The position numbers were made by a program, and so were the translations under genes. The notes beneath the pieces are model-generated. The model was given only the letters and a program-made list of their open reading frames with translations, had not been told where the DNA came from and ran no database searches. A stretch of 64,000 nucleotides of DNA from Escherichia coli (GTDB taxonomy: Bacteria; Pseudomonadota; Gammaproteobacteria; Enterobacterales; Enterobacteriaceae). Within the stretch, counting starts at the first letter, position 1; every line of letters begins with the position of its first letter. The stretch lies in assembly GCF_003334785.1 (NCBI RefSeq), contig NZ_QOWV01000012.1; one strand, written 5' to 3'. Below, one piece after another: positions 44,278 through 54,454 of this stretch.

Positions 44278-47043
44278 TTGGGTCAATCAGAATACATTTC
44301 ATGGGTAAAATGTACTTCCTGGCTAAGTAACTTTGTGAATCTTAGAGGGTTGAGACAACCGGATGGCCGTCCTCTTTATGAATATCATGCAACCAATGAT
44401 GAATATAACCAATTAACGCAGCTACTCCGTGCAGTCGGTCAATCACAATCTAATATATGTAATAAGGACTTTGCTGCCTGTTTTGTTCTTTTTTGCTCTG
44501 AGTGGTACCGCAGGGATTATGAACGGCAATGCGGATGGACGTGGGACCCTATATATAAAAAAATAGGGATTTCATTTACCGCCACAGAGCTTGGTACCAT
44601 CGTACCGAAAGGGATGGACGATTACTGGCTGCGCCCAATTCGATTTTATGAATCTGAACGACGCAATTTTCTCGGAACATTATTCAGTGAAGGTGGTTTA
44701 CCTTTCCGGTTACTCAAAGAATCAGACAGTCGCTTTCTGGCTGTTTTCTCCAGGATCCTTGGACAATATGAGCAAGCAAAGCAGTCAGGTTTTTCTGCCC
44801 TTTCGCTGGCAAGAGCCGTCATAGAAAAATTAGCGCTGCCAACTGTTTTTAGCGAAGATACTTCTGTAGAACTTATCAGTCATATGGCTGATAACCTCAA
44901 TTCCTTAGTACTTACTCACAACCTAATAAATCACAAAGAACCAGTACAACAGCTTGATAAGGTTCACCCTACCTGGCGAAGCGAGTTTCCAATACCGTTA
45001 GATGATGAAACAGGAACGCATTTTTTGAATGGACTGCTATGCGCAGCCTCTGTAGAGGCTAAGCCTCGACTACAAAAAAATAAGAGTACGCGTTGCCAAT
45101 TCTATTGGTCAGAAAAGCATCCAGATGAGCTTAGGGCGATAGTATCTCTCCCTGACGAAGTTTCCTTTCCTGTAACAAGCGAGCCGTCAACTACGCGCTT
45201 TGAACTTGCCATTTGTGAAGATGGTGAGGAAGTCTCTGGCCTTGGGCCAGCTTATGCTTCCCTGGAAAACAGACAGGCAACAGTTCGATTACGTAAAAGC
45301 GAAGTGAGATTTGTCAGGCAAAATCCATCGGCAGGTTTGTCGTTAGTGGCTCGTGCTGGAGGGATGATTGTTGGGAGCATTAAACTTGATGACAGTGAAA
45401 TTGCCATTGGTGAGGTGCCGTTAACCTTCATCGTTGATGCAGATCAATGGCTGTTACAGGGACAGGCCTCCTGTAGTGTGCAAAGCAGCGATGTTCTGAT
45501 TGTGCTCCCTCGGGACAATAGTACTGTTGCTGGTTTTGATGGCCAATCGAGTGCAGTAAACGTATTAGGACTTGTCGCTATGACTCTGGCGGTTGCTCTG
45601 CGTCAGGCGCTAGCGGGCGTTCTGGGTATCTCCGGCGCAGAACTCGGCTATTCTGTACGCCCGGTCAGACTGGAGGATGGGCAATCGGTATTAGCCGTTC
45701 AGCTTTATGATGTGATCAGCGGTGGTGCAGGTTTTGCCTCCAGCGCACCGGTACACATTGAAGCTATTTTGCAGGGAATGGTGAAACAGTTAGGTTGCCG
45801 CCATTGTGATACTGCATGTAGTGAATGCCTGCTTGATTCCCAGACTCGCCACGATCACGATTTGCTGGATCGCAAAGCGGCGCTGGCCTGGCTTGGCGAT
45901 GACTTCACGTATTACATCGGTTTACCGGATGAAGAGACATTCTCGCTGCCGGATGCCCGCTACTGCCCTGGCGCTATTGGCGATACGATTCGCCGGGCGA
46001 TTAACGAAGGCGCTGAAAAGCTCACCCTGTGGATGACCGGCGCGCCCAATGAGTGGGATTTATACGCCCGTCAGTTCCGCGCGGCGGTTCAGAGCTATCG
46101 GCTAAAAGACAACGTCGAGGTCGATCTTGTTATACCTGCGGGAGTGGATGACCCGGATCTGTTGTATGAACTATCGCAATTTACTGCGCTGGGTGTGCGG
46201 CTGTGCCATGTTGAACAGGATCTGCAATTGCCGATCGTTGCCCAGGTTACCTTTGCCGATCGCGTGATGACGCTGGCTTCTCGCAGCCAGCAGGCAACGA
46301 TTCCGGGGCCGGAGTGGCACCTGAATGACGAACTGGTGGTGCGTAGTCTCGGTTATAAAACGGTAGAACTGAACGAGTTTATTCTGCCGGCTAAAGCCGC
46401 CAACGCTGTCGAGCGGGTCAAAGACATTCAGATCCACAAACAGTTGAATGGACCACTTTCGCAGTTTGGACAACGCTTCTGGGACGTGCTGTTTAACGAC
46501 CATGAAGAAGCACAGTCACTGATGAATAACACGCGAATTACCGGCGTTCACTATACCGATCGCTATCTGCAAAACCCGGTTGCGCTGGCGTTGTTGGGAT
46601 CAATTCTGAGACCGCTAAAAACAAAGCTGACCGATGGCGCTGAAGTGGCGCTGGATACGCTGTTTAAAGATAAAGATCGCCCCGGTAACCGGCCTTTCCA
46701 TGACTGGATGAGCATAGCGGATTTTCAGGATTTCGCTGATCAGTGGTTTGCTGCTGCGCTGGGCAGGCCGATAGAACTAACGGTGTTCGACTCGCCGCGC
46801 GATATCCCTCACCATCGTAAACTGACGGTGACTTTTGAGGATGGTCAGGTTTTGAAGATCCGCTTCGATCAGGGGATGGGCTACTGGCGTATCAACTTTG
46901 CATCGCAATGGCATTACTTTGACTTCCGCGATGACGTTTCTTTCCAGTTAGTCAAAATGGCTCAGGCCTGCAATGAAGGAAATGTGGCCAACAGCGAAGA
47001 GAGCTGGGCAACGGATGTGCTGGTGGAGGTGAGCGCCTCCTGA
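44278..47043 (+). CDS. orphan 921-aa protein of the immigration-control region; contains GG-x-G plus C-x2-C-x3-C-x2-C motif (DUF1998/MZB-like zinc ribbon); function unknown, candidate defence protein
   Basis: Long uninterrupted ORF; TTG start 6 nt after AAGGAG; motif [13 protein letters not shown]...[34 protein letters not shown] at nt ~45715-45830; occupies the slot where K-12 carries yjiT/yjiV and mcrBC. Confidence 0.8.
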   Translation: MGQSEYISWVKCTSWLSNFVNLRGLRQPDGRPLYEYHATNDEYNQLTQLLRAVGQSQSNICNKDFAACFVLFCSEWYRRDYERQCGWTWDPIYKKIGISFTATELGTIVPKGMDDYWLRPIRFYESERRNFLGTLFSEGGLPFRLLKESDSRFLAVFSRILGQYEQAKQSGFSALSLARAVIEKLALPTVFSEDTSVELISHMADNLNSLVLTHNLINHKEPVQQLDKVHPTWRSEFPIPLDDETGTHFLNGLLCAASVEAKPRLQKNKSTRCQFYWSEKHPDELRAIVSLPDEVSFPVTSEPSTTRFELAICEDGEEVSGLGPAYASLENRQATVRLRKSEVRFVRQNPSAGLSLVARAGGMIVGSIKLDDSEIAIGEVPLTFIVDADQWLLQGQASCSVQSSDVLIVLPRDNSTVAGFDGQSSAVNVLGLVAMTLAVALRQALAGVLGISGAELGYSVRPVRLEDGQSVLAVQLYDVISGGAGFASSAPVHIEAILQGMVKQLGCRHCDTACSECLLDSQTRHDHDLLDRKAALAWLGDDFTYYIGLPDEETFSLPDARYCPGAIGDTIRRAINEGAEKLTLWMTGAPNEWDLYARQFRAAVQSYRLKDNVEVDLVIPAGVDDPDLLYELSQFTALGVRLCHVEQDLQLPIVAQVTFADRVMTLASRSQQATIPGPEWHLNDELVVRSLGYKTVELNEFILPAKAANAVERVKDIQIHKQLNGPLSQFGQRFWDVLFNDHEEAQSLMNNTRITGVHYTDRYLQNPVALALLGSILRPLKTKLTDGAEVALDTLFKDKDRPGNRPFHDWMSIADFQDFADQWFAAALGRPIELTVFDSPRDIPHHRKLTVTFEDGQVLKIRFDQGMGYWRINFASQWHYFDFRDDVSFQLVKMAQACNEGNVANSEESWATDVLVEVSAS

Positions 47044-47050
47044 TGATGTG

Positions 47051-47082
47051 CCGCTCCCGATGTGGTGTCGGGAGCGTTTTTC
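47051..47082. terminator. intrinsic terminator hairpin between the convergent 921-aa ORF and symE
   Basis: gctcccga-tgtggtg-tcgggagc stem-loop followed by TTTTT on the plus strand. Confidence 0.55.
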
Positions 47083-47085
47083 CAT

Positions 47086-47427
47086 TCAGGCAACTTTCTG
47101 TTTACCGGCAATCACCCCAATAAATTCCTGCACCTGCTTTTGTTTACGCGCCGACAGCTTGCACACCCTGCGCAGCGACTGCATCAGTTCGCTCTCTTCG
47201 GCGGCGGGTGGTTGAGCGGTGAGGACGATGCAGCCTTCCATCACTTTGACATCTACCGCCGTGCCGGTGGCAAAACCGGCGGCTTCCAGCCACTGACCTT
47301 TCAGGGTGATGGCGGGAATATGCGCGTGATCCGGGTAGCGGCTCGCATAACCGACGGTGACATGACGGTTATTTGCCGGAGAGACTTCTGCTTCGAACGG
47401 TTGTGCAATAGAATACGTGTCAGTCAT
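47086..47427 (-). CDS. symE: SOS-induced toxin-like endoribonuclease SymE
   Basis: [74 protein letters not shown]...; 113 aa from the internal Met. Confidence 0.85.
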   Translation of the reverse strand: MTDTYSIAQPFEAEVSPANNRHVTVGYASRYPDHAHIPAITLKGQWLEAAGFATGTAVDVKVMEGCIVLTAQPPAAEESELMQSLRRVCKLSARKQKQVQEFIGVIAGKQKVA

Positions 47428-47497
47428 AACTGCTATTCTCCGATAATAGTGATTGTGATGAGCGGTGCGGGTGTGTTGGCGCACATCCGCACCGCGC
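47420..47497 (+). ncRNA. symR: cis-antisense sRNA SymR (position inferred, boundaries approximate)
   Basis: In K-12 SymR is encoded opposite the symE start/5'UTR; here an inverted repeat gcggtgcgg...ccgcaccgc at 47462-47496 lies in the corresponding position. Confidence 0.4.
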
Positions 47498-47503
47498 TAA
47501 ATA

Positions 47504-47521
47504 CCTGGATATATCATCAGT
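47504..47521. promoter_or_regulatory. LexA box of the symE promoter
   Basis: Reverse complement reads CTGATGATATATCCAG (CTG-N10-CAG with AT-rich centre) upstream of symE. Confidence 0.45.
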
Positions 47522-47654
47522 AAATACAGGGAAAGTCCAGCTAAAAATAGAATAAAATGGTCAGTTCCTGGAATGATTTAAATATATTTATGTGAGTTAT
47601 GATTGGCGTGAAATAATAAAAGGCGCACCGGAAAGGTGCGCCAGAAAATAATGA

Positions 47655-48968
47655 TCAGGATTTTTTACGCGAGGCTTTTTTACCTCCGCTGGCTGCGCGT
47701 TCAGCTTTGATTTTTTCCAGCAACGCGGCGGCGCTGTTTTCTCCGCTGATTAATTCCGGGTTTTCGGCCCGCCACTGGGCGGTGAGTTCACCACGGAACG
47801 CTTTTGCCAGGATGGATTGCGTCAGGTTGTTAACGCGGGCTAAGGCGTTGTTGACCTGTTTTTCTATGGTGTCTGCGTAGGCGAAGAGCTGCTCGACGCG
47901 GCGAACGATTTCGTGTTGTTCGGGGAGTGGAGGAACAGTTATTGGGTATGCAATTAATTTCTGTGCATTAATATTTGATTGACTGACCCCATCAGATTTT
48001 ACTGAGTAGCAATATTGCCTCCCCAAAATGCTATTTAAATGGTAGTTAAGATAGTCAGGGTTTAAATCAGGTAAACATTGAACCCTAATCAAATAACCTG
48101 CATAAATAGCTGGTTGCTCTGATTTATATATGGCTGTTTTCCCGACAAGTTCAGGACTATTTGTACGATTGAATAATACATCATTGTACTCAAGTTTATA
48201 CTTTTCAATTTCTATGGTATCTGAAGTATAGACTAGATCCGTCCAGTCCAATTTTCCGCCCTGAAGATTGCCCATTCTTAATACAGGAATGAGTCCTTCT
48301 TTATTAGACTTAGATGACGTTCCATAACTTGGTTTTTTTATAAATTCCCCAAGTTTGCCTTCTATCCACCCAGACAGGCTCGAATTATCTCTCCAGTCTT
48401 CAGTTAGTTTTCCACTTACCGCGGCACCCAGCACCGCCTGACGAAAACGTTTCAGGATTTGTGGGATTTGCTCAAGACGTGCTTTGGTGCTCTCTACCTG
48501 CGCCAGCAGCGTATCGAGTTTTTCAGCGATGATTTTTTGTTCTGAAATTGGAGGAAGTTGTATTTCCCAAGCCTCCATTCCAGCTTTGGTAATATGTGGC
48601 ATTGCCACGCCGTGAGCCGATGCTTTAAGTGCCTCTGTAATATTCAATAATGCATAATAAGCAAATTGCTTATTAAGTGCAGGGGATGTTTCAATCTTCC
48701 AAATATGGTAGTGATAAATTAGTTTATGATCCCACTTCGACCAATATGGACCAAATGTTGCTGACCAAGCATATAGGAGATCATTTTTATAGCAATATTT
48801 ATCTTCCTGTAGCTCTAAGTTGGAATAAAACCATTTATTCCCTCCATTCAAATTTTGAATTCTGAGAATAGGAACACCTTCTGTGAGCATTTCTTCTTTC
48901 TTATATGCTCTGCCATTGATGAGGGTCAAAACATCACCCAACTGGCATATTTGCCAATTTTTACTCAT
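47655..48968 (-). CDS. hsdS: type I restriction-modification specificity subunit HsdS (437 aa, type IA framework, target-recognition domains unlike EcoKI)
   Basis: Conserved central and C-terminal repeats (PPISEQKIIAEKLDTLLAQVE... and PPLPEQHEIVRRVEQLFAYAD...) flank two AT-rich variable domains; ATGA overlap with hsdM. Confidence 0.9.
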   Translation of the reverse strand: MSKNWQICQLGDVLTLINGRAYKKEEMLTEGVPILRIQNLNGGNKWFYSNLELQEDKYCYKNDLLYAWSATFGPYWSKWDHKLIYHYHIWKIETSPALNKQFAYYALLNITEALKASAHGVAMPHITKAGMEAWEIQLPPISEQKIIAEKLDTLLAQVESTKARLEQIPQILKRFRQAVLGAAVSGKLTEDWRDNSSLSGWIEGKLGEFIKKPSYGTSSKSNKEGLIPVLRMGNLQGGKLDWTDLVYTSDTIEIEKYKLEYNDVLFNRTNSPELVGKTAIYKSEQPAIYAGYLIRVQCLPDLNPDYLNYHLNSILGRQYCYSVKSDGVSQSNINAQKLIAYPITVPPLPEQHEIVRRVEQLFAYADTIEKQVNNALARVNNLTQSILAKAFRGELTAQWRAENPELISGENSAAALLEKIKAERAASGGKKASRKKS

Positions 48969-50554
48969 TCCTTCACCCCACCAAACGCTTCTTCCAGCAA
49001 CTGACGCTGTGCATCCGCCTCATCGCTCGCCCCCAGTTCACGCATCAGCGCATCCAGTTCACCCAGCGCCTGTACCAGTTCGCCCATCGCTTCTGCCGCT
49101 AATACATCCGGCTCCGGCAGGTTGTCGGCGTCAATGCTGTCTTTATCTTTCAGCCAGGAGATATCCAGCGAATCGGATTTCGCGGAGCGGATCCACTCGC
49201 GGCTGAACTTGCGCCAGCGGCTGGTAGCCAGATGCTGATCGGTATTTTTGTTCTCTTCGCTGTCGGCAACTTCCGTCTCTTCGGCGTTAAAACTCCATTC
49301 CCCTTCAGTACGCGGGCTTAAGCCGTGGGGATCTTCGCCATACACGCGCTCAAACGGCTGCAAATGCTCGTCGGTAAACGGCGTGCGTTTACCAAAGCTC
49401 GGCATATTGGTCCGCAGGTCGTACACCCACACGTCGTCGGTGCAGTTCTTATCCTGATGCGGGTTCGCCACTGTGCCTTTGGTAAAGAACAGCACGTTGG
49501 TCTTCACGCCCTGCGCGTAAAAAATACCGGTCGGCAGACGCAGAATGGTGTGCAGATGACACTTATCCATCAGGTCACGACGGATGTCGGTGCCTTTGCC
49601 GCCTTCAAACAACACGTTATCTGGCACCACCACCGCCGCACGACCGCCGGGATGCAGCGTTTCGATAATATGCTGCATAAAGCACAGCTGTTTGTTGCTG
49701 GTCGGGTGAACAAAGGTGCGGGTAATGTTGGTGCCTGCGGCGCTGCCAAACGGCGGGTTAGTGGCGACAATATGCGCCTTCGGCAGGTTTTCACCGTCGC
49801 TGCCCAGGGTGTTGCCCAGACGGATTGCGCCGCCGTGGTCGAGGTTGCCTTCAATATCGTGCAGCAGGCAGTTCATCAGCGCCAGACGACGGGTGCCGGG
49901 CACCAGTTCGAGGCCGATAAACGCGCGGTGGATCTGGAAATCCTGTGTGTCGCCATCAAGGTCGTCCAGATCGTTAGTCTGCGACTTAACGTAGCGGTCG
50001 GCTTCAATCAAAAAGCCCGCCGTACCCGCTGCCGGGTCCTGCACCACTTCACGCGGCTGCGGTTTCAGCAGATGAATAATGGTTTTAATCAGCGGACGCG
50101 GGGTGAAGTACTGGCCCGCGCCAGACTTGGTTTCGTTCGCGTTCTTCTGCAACAGCCCTTCGTACATATCGCCGAAGTCATCGCGCGACTTACCGTGCGC
50201 ACCGTTGTACCAGTCCAGTGAATCCATATTGCTGACCAGTTCGGTCAACTGTTTTGGCTGGGTAATGGTGGTGTTGACGTTCTGGAACACCGCCTGCACC
50301 AGCTTTTGATTGTCGGCGCCCAGATGTACCAGCAGGTTACGGTAGAACTGCAACTGCTCCTGACCGATACGGGATTTCAGGTCGTCCCAGCGGTAGCCTT
50401 CCGGCAGGTATTCCGCTTCCTGTCTGGTTTCTTTACACATTTTCAAAAACAGCAGCGAGGCGAGTTCATTGACGTAGTTTTGATAGGAAACGCCGCCATC
50501 GCGCAGGTTGTCGCACAGCTTCCACAGCTTGGCGACCAGATCGTTATTGTTCAT
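48965..50554 (-). CDS. hsdM: type I restriction-modification N6-adenine methyltransferase HsdM
   Basis: 529 aa; NPPF catalytic motif (HIVATNPPFGSAAG); sequence closely matches EcoKI-family HsdM as recalled. Confidence 0.9.
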   Translation of the reverse strand: MNNNDLVAKLWKLCDNLRDGGVSYQNYVNELASLLFLKMCKETRQEAEYLPEGYRWDDLKSRIGQEQLQFYRNLLVHLGADNQKLVQAVFQNVNTTITQPKQLTELVSNMDSLDWYNGAHGKSRDDFGDMYEGLLQKNANETKSGAGQYFTPRPLIKTIIHLLKPQPREVVQDPAAGTAGFLIEADRYVKSQTNDLDDLDGDTQDFQIHRAFIGLELVPGTRRLALMNCLLHDIEGNLDHGGAIRLGNTLGSDGENLPKAHIVATNPPFGSAAGTNITRTFVHPTSNKQLCFMQHIIETLHPGGRAAVVVPDNVLFEGGKGTDIRRDLMDKCHLHTILRLPTGIFYAQGVKTNVLFFTKGTVANPHQDKNCTDDVWVYDLRTNMPSFGKRTPFTDEHLQPFERVYGEDPHGLSPRTEGEWSFNAEETEVADSEENKNTDQHLATSRWRKFSREWIRSAKSDSLDISWLKDKDSIDADNLPEPDVLAAEAMGELVQALGELDALMRELGASDEADAQRQLLEEAFGGVKE

Positions 50555-50639
50555 TGTGAGTTCCGTAAATTAAGCAGCGGCCCAAATTTATTGGGCCGCA
50601 TAAGAATAAATTGCCGAGGGTAATATACACAAAATCATT

Positions 50640-50755
50640 CAGGTTGCATCAAGGCGGCAAGTGAGTGAATCCCCGGGAGCGTACAGAAGTACGTGACCGG
50701 GGTGAACGAGCGCAGCCAACGCAGAGGCAGCCTGAAGGATGAAGTGTATACGTGT
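50640..50755. repeat. ERIC (IRU) intergenic repeat between hsdR and hsdM
   Basis: aagtgagtgaatccccgggagcgtacagaagtacgtgaccggggtgaacgagcgcagccaacgcagag matches the ERIC consensus. Confidence 0.7.
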
Positions 50756-53700
50756 CAGGCCAGCTCGTCCCAGATATAATCGCTGAATTTATCGAGCAGG
50801 TTGTCGAGATTATCGTCAAAGGTTCTTTGCAGCATCGCCTTCCCGCCGCGACGGTGGAAGTTGCCGGTTTTGAAGACATCGTCGTCGAGCACCACTTTCT
50901 CTTTCAGCGCCTGTGCTAAACGATCGAGCCAGCTTAATTGCTCGCTGCTCCAGTCGTTTTCGCCCTTGATGCGCGTCAGCGCGTGATCGACACGTTCCTC
51001 AAACGGTTTCAGCGCATCGCCCACCGCAGCGCGGCGAATATGTCCAATCAACCGGGCGGCAATATCTTCATTACGCGTCTCTTTCCACGCTTTGCGCAGG
51101 GAAGATTCCTCAAAGTGCTGGCGGTCAAACCACTCCTGGAGTTCGACCAGCCCTTTACGGGTGAGATCGCGCGGGCGATTGATCACCGCCTGCAATGCCG
51201 GTTGCGCGTTCGGGGAACGTTGCACCAGCGAGTCAAAGGCTTCGAGGAAATCCTGCGGCGTGTCGTAATCACCGTACAGCGATTTTACGCTCAACACTTC
51301 ATCGTCGATATCGAGGAAGATCGGCGCATCATTCAGGTTATTGATATCAGTTTTCAGCTTTTCCAGGCGGGCGATAAAGCCAGGCAGCTTGTTAAAGACT
51401 TCGGCGCTCCAGTGCGGCCCTTTTTCCCGCAGGCGCGAGGCGAAGCCGTTAAAGCCCACCCCCGCCGCGTCCTGGCATAGCTCATCCAGACGACGCACCT
51501 GTTTATCTATCGTTTCGCTGCGGTCACGGTTAAACGTGGCCAGGCCGATGATGCGCTGGAGCTTCGCCACCAGTTGTTCATGGCTGTGCTCGGCAAAACT
51601 GCGGCCATCCGCTTCGGTGATTTTATAGGTTTCTGAATCGGTAATTTCGTTGACCAGCGTTTGCAGCTCCACCTTAGGACGCACCACCACCGGACGCATG
51701 GTGTCGACGCTCTCCAGCGTGCTGTATATATCGACGCAGTCGAAAATCTTAAAGCTGGTTTTATTCACGTCCGGGCACAAGCGCGTGGCGCGGCCTTTCA
51801 TCTGCTCGTACAGAATACGGCTGCGTACTTTACGCAGGAACACGATGTTACAGATCGACGGAATATCGACGCCGGTCGTCAGCAGGTCGACGGTTACCAC
51901 AATATTGGGCAGCCGCTCTTTATTGAAGCGGGTGATCATGGTCTGCACTTTGCGCGCGTCTTTATCGGCATCACCGGTGATCTTGATTATCGCGTCGTGC
52001 TCCAGTTGCGGATACTTTTTCTTGAACGCGGTACGCAACTCTTCCACCACCATATCGGCATGGGCATTGGTGACGCAGAAGACCAGCGTTTTTTGCGACC
52101 CGGTCGGGTCAAGGTAGTTGGTGAGTTCGTTACAGACGGCGCGGTTAAACGCCGGGATCACCAGGCCACGGTTAAAGTCGGCGACCTCAAAATCCTGATC
52201 GTCTTCCAGGGTGTCGTTGATTACTTCCCCCTGCGGGCTGATGCGCTCTACCTGTTCGCCTTTGGAGAGATAAACACCCTCCTGTGCGTTGCGGGTGGTG
52301 ATCTGAATTGGTGGATCCTGGTCGATCAGAAAACCGTCGATAACCGCGGTACGGTAGGTATAACGGTAAACCGGCTCGCCGAAAATCTGCACCGTATGCA
52401 ACGCCGGGGTGGCGGTGAGGGCGATTTTTATCGCATCGAAGTGATCGAGAATGCGACGGTAGGCAGAGACATAATCCAGCTGGCTGCGGAACTGTAGTTC
52501 GCCTTCGGTCTGCTCTTTATCGAGAATATAGCCGCGATGCGCTTCATCGACGACGATACAGTCGTAACGGGCCACCGGCATCGGTTCATCTGATTGCAGG
52601 GTGCGTTTCACCAGCGACTGTACGGTGGCAACGTGAATTTTGGTGCTGTCTTCCGGGAATTTATCCGTCAGCCCTTTAATGTCGAAAATGCTGTTGAAGG
52701 TGTCGCCGTTAATACGCGTATCTTCAAACGCCCCCAGCGCCTGCTCGCCAAGAGAACGGCGATCCACAAGGAAGAGAATGCGTTTAAAACGCTGGGACTG
52801 GATCAGGCGGAACATCATGGCAATTGCGGTGCGGGTTTTACCGGTACCGGTCGCCATCGCCAGCAGGATCTCTTGTTGACCCTTGACGATTGCCTTTTCC
52901 ACCGCGCGGACGGCATCTTCCTGATAATAACGCAGGCCCAGCTCGCTCATGCCGGGATTATCGGCAAACCACTGATTCTGTTTTTGCGGTTCGCTGCCGA
53001 GCATTTCCAGCAGCTCTTCCGGGCGATGCCACTCGGGTAAGGCTTTCGACATATTGCGGGTATCACGCACGTCGCGATACCAGATGCCACTTTTAGTCTT
53101 CATTGCTGCGCGGTATTCGCGCCCGTTGGTGGAGTAGCAGAAGGGGATTTTAAACCGTTGTTGGCCGCTGGAGTCCTGCCAGCTAGTTTCATACTCCGGC
53201 ACCGCTTCATGCACTTCATCCGGTGAGTAGTGCTCAAGCAAGGTTTCCCGCAGGAAGCCATTATCGAAGCATTTACTGTAGCGATACGACTCATTGAGCT
53301 TGCCGGGAACGTCGATATTTTTACGTTTCGCCTCTACCACCGCGATGGGTTTGAGGCCGACAAACAGCACATAATCCGCAAAGCCCTGTTTACCCGTTTC
53401 ATCTTTCCCGGTCGGCCATTCGGCAATGGCTTTATTGACGCCGGGTTCCGGGCGCGCGCCTTTGGAGAAGCGCAGGGTTTTGCTATCGGCCTGCCAGCCT
53501 GCTTTACGCAGTTGCGCATCAATCAGGAAGCGGCTCTCTTCTTCGCTAAGGTTGAGTGTGCGCTTGATGGCCTGATCGGTAATTTCTTTGTGGTAAGCCT
53601 TACGTTCCTGTTCAGTCTGTTTGGCCAGTTCCGCGTTCTTCTCGGCGAGCTGTGCTTCCAGCGCCGCAAGGCGAGCCTGGGTTTGCGCTTCTGTTTCCTG

Positions 53701-54267
53701 CTGTTTGCCTTCCAGAATAGCGATATAGCCGTTCAGGGCAACCAGCTTCTGCTGTTGCGCTTCGACTTCTGCCTGAGTCTGCGCTTTTTCTCGCACCTGC
53801 TGTTCAAGCTGTTGTTTTAGCGTCAGCACTTCCTGGTGATAGAGGTTCTCGCCACGTTCTGGTAACACAAACACCGGCACCGGGAAGTCATAATCTTTAG
53901 TGACCAGACGGTAGTACCAGACAGCCAGGCGGAACCCGAGTCGCAGGCACATCTGGGCATCGTCGAGATCGTTGTGATATTCGTGCACCGCCTGGTTACC
54001 AATGCGGCGTAATTTGTGAAATACAGAGAGAATGTTGTCATCAACGAAGGCGATTTTGCCGAGTTCGCGCAGGAGATCGTGTTGATTCTCACAAGGGGGG
54101 ATGTTGAGTAACAGACCAAGATGTTTCGCTGTGGCTTCGCCAAACATACGCATTTTAATTAGCGTCGTATTGGGATCATCCGGGTAGTTATTTTCCGCCG
54201 CACAGGCGATGGCATAAGTGAAGTCGTTGACGCCCTTCAGGAATTCGAAGTTGGATTTATTCATCAT
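50755..54267 (-). CDS. hsdR: type I restriction endonuclease/translocase HsdR
   Basis: 1170 aa; Walker A (AMATGTGKTRTA) and DEAH-like (VVDEAHRG) helicase motifs; operon context. Confidence 0.9.
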   Translation of the reverse strand: MMNKSNFEFLKGVNDFTYAIACAAENNYPDDPNTTLIKMRMFGEATAKHLGLLLNIPPCENQHDLLRELGKIAFVDDNILSVFHKLRRIGNQAVHEYHNDLDDAQMCLRLGFRLAVWYYRLVTKDYDFPVPVFVLPERGENLYHQEVLTLKQQLEQQVREKAQTQAEVEAQQQKLVALNGYIAILEGKQQETEAQTQARLAALEAQLAEKNAELAKQTEQERKAYHKEITDQAIKRTLNLSEEESRFLIDAQLRKAGWQADSKTLRFSKGARPEPGVNKAIAEWPTGKDETGKQGFADYVLFVGLKPIAVVEAKRKNIDVPGKLNESYRYSKCFDNGFLRETLLEHYSPDEVHEAVPEYETSWQDSSGQQRFKIPFCYSTNGREYRAAMKTKSGIWYRDVRDTRNMSKALPEWHRPEELLEMLGSEPQKQNQWFADNPGMSELGLRYYQEDAVRAVEKAIVKGQQEILLAMATGTGKTRTAIAMMFRLIQSQRFKRILFLVDRRSLGEQALGAFEDTRINGDTFNSIFDIKGLTDKFPEDSTKIHVATVQSLVKRTLQSDEPMPVARYDCIVVDEAHRGYILDKEQTEGELQFRSQLDYVSAYRRILDHFDAIKIALTATPALHTVQIFGEPVYRYTYRTAVIDGFLIDQDPPIQITTRNAQEGVYLSKGEQVERISPQGEVINDTLEDDQDFEVADFNRGLVIPAFNRAVCNELTNYLDPTGSQKTLVFCVTNAHADMVVEELRTAFKKKYPQLEHDAIIKITGDADKDARKVQTMITRFNKERLPNIVVTVDLLTTGVDIPSICNIVFLRKVRSRILYEQMKGRATRLCPDVNKTSFKIFDCVDIYSTLESVDTMRPVVVRPKVELQTLVNEITDSETYKITEADGRSFAEHSHEQLVAKLQRIIGLATFNRDRSETIDKQVRRLDELCQDAAGVGFNGFASRLREKGPHWSAEVFNKLPGFIARLEKLKTDINNLNDAPIFLDIDDEVLSVKSLYGDYDTPQDFLEAFDSLVQRSPNAQPALQAVINRPRDLTRKGLVELQEWFDRQHFEESSLRKAWKETRNEDIAARLIGHIRRAAVGDALKPFEERVDHALTRIKGENDWSSEQLSWLDRLAQALKEKVVLDDDVFKTGNFHRRGGKAMLQRTFDDNLDNLLDKFSDYIWDELA

Positions 54268-54454
54268 TGTTATTAATCCATTGCTGTGTGGGCCTGTCCA
54301 AATATTTAAGGCCCATAACGTCTTATCTTAGCTTTCTGTACCTTTCCGGACAATGACCGGAGTCACAGCAACTGACTCATTTCTAACGTGTTCGTCTATT
54401 TTGGTAGTGTTATAGTAGCCGAAAAACATCTACCTGATTCTGCAAGGATGTACT

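Noticed and set aside
44000-47600. mcrB/mcrC (GTP-dependent 5-methylcytosine restriction)
   Set aside because: Expected here from K-12 synteny, but no ORF with a McrB-type GTPase motif or McrC-like sequence is present; the slot holds the 921-aa ORF instead.
49325-50221. 298-aa ORF antisense to hsdM, and similar long antisense ORFs in hsdR (51661..52497), yjiN (38325..39053) and yjiJ (33623..34372)
   Set aside because: All are embedded in conserved genes with strong sequence support; no independent start signals.
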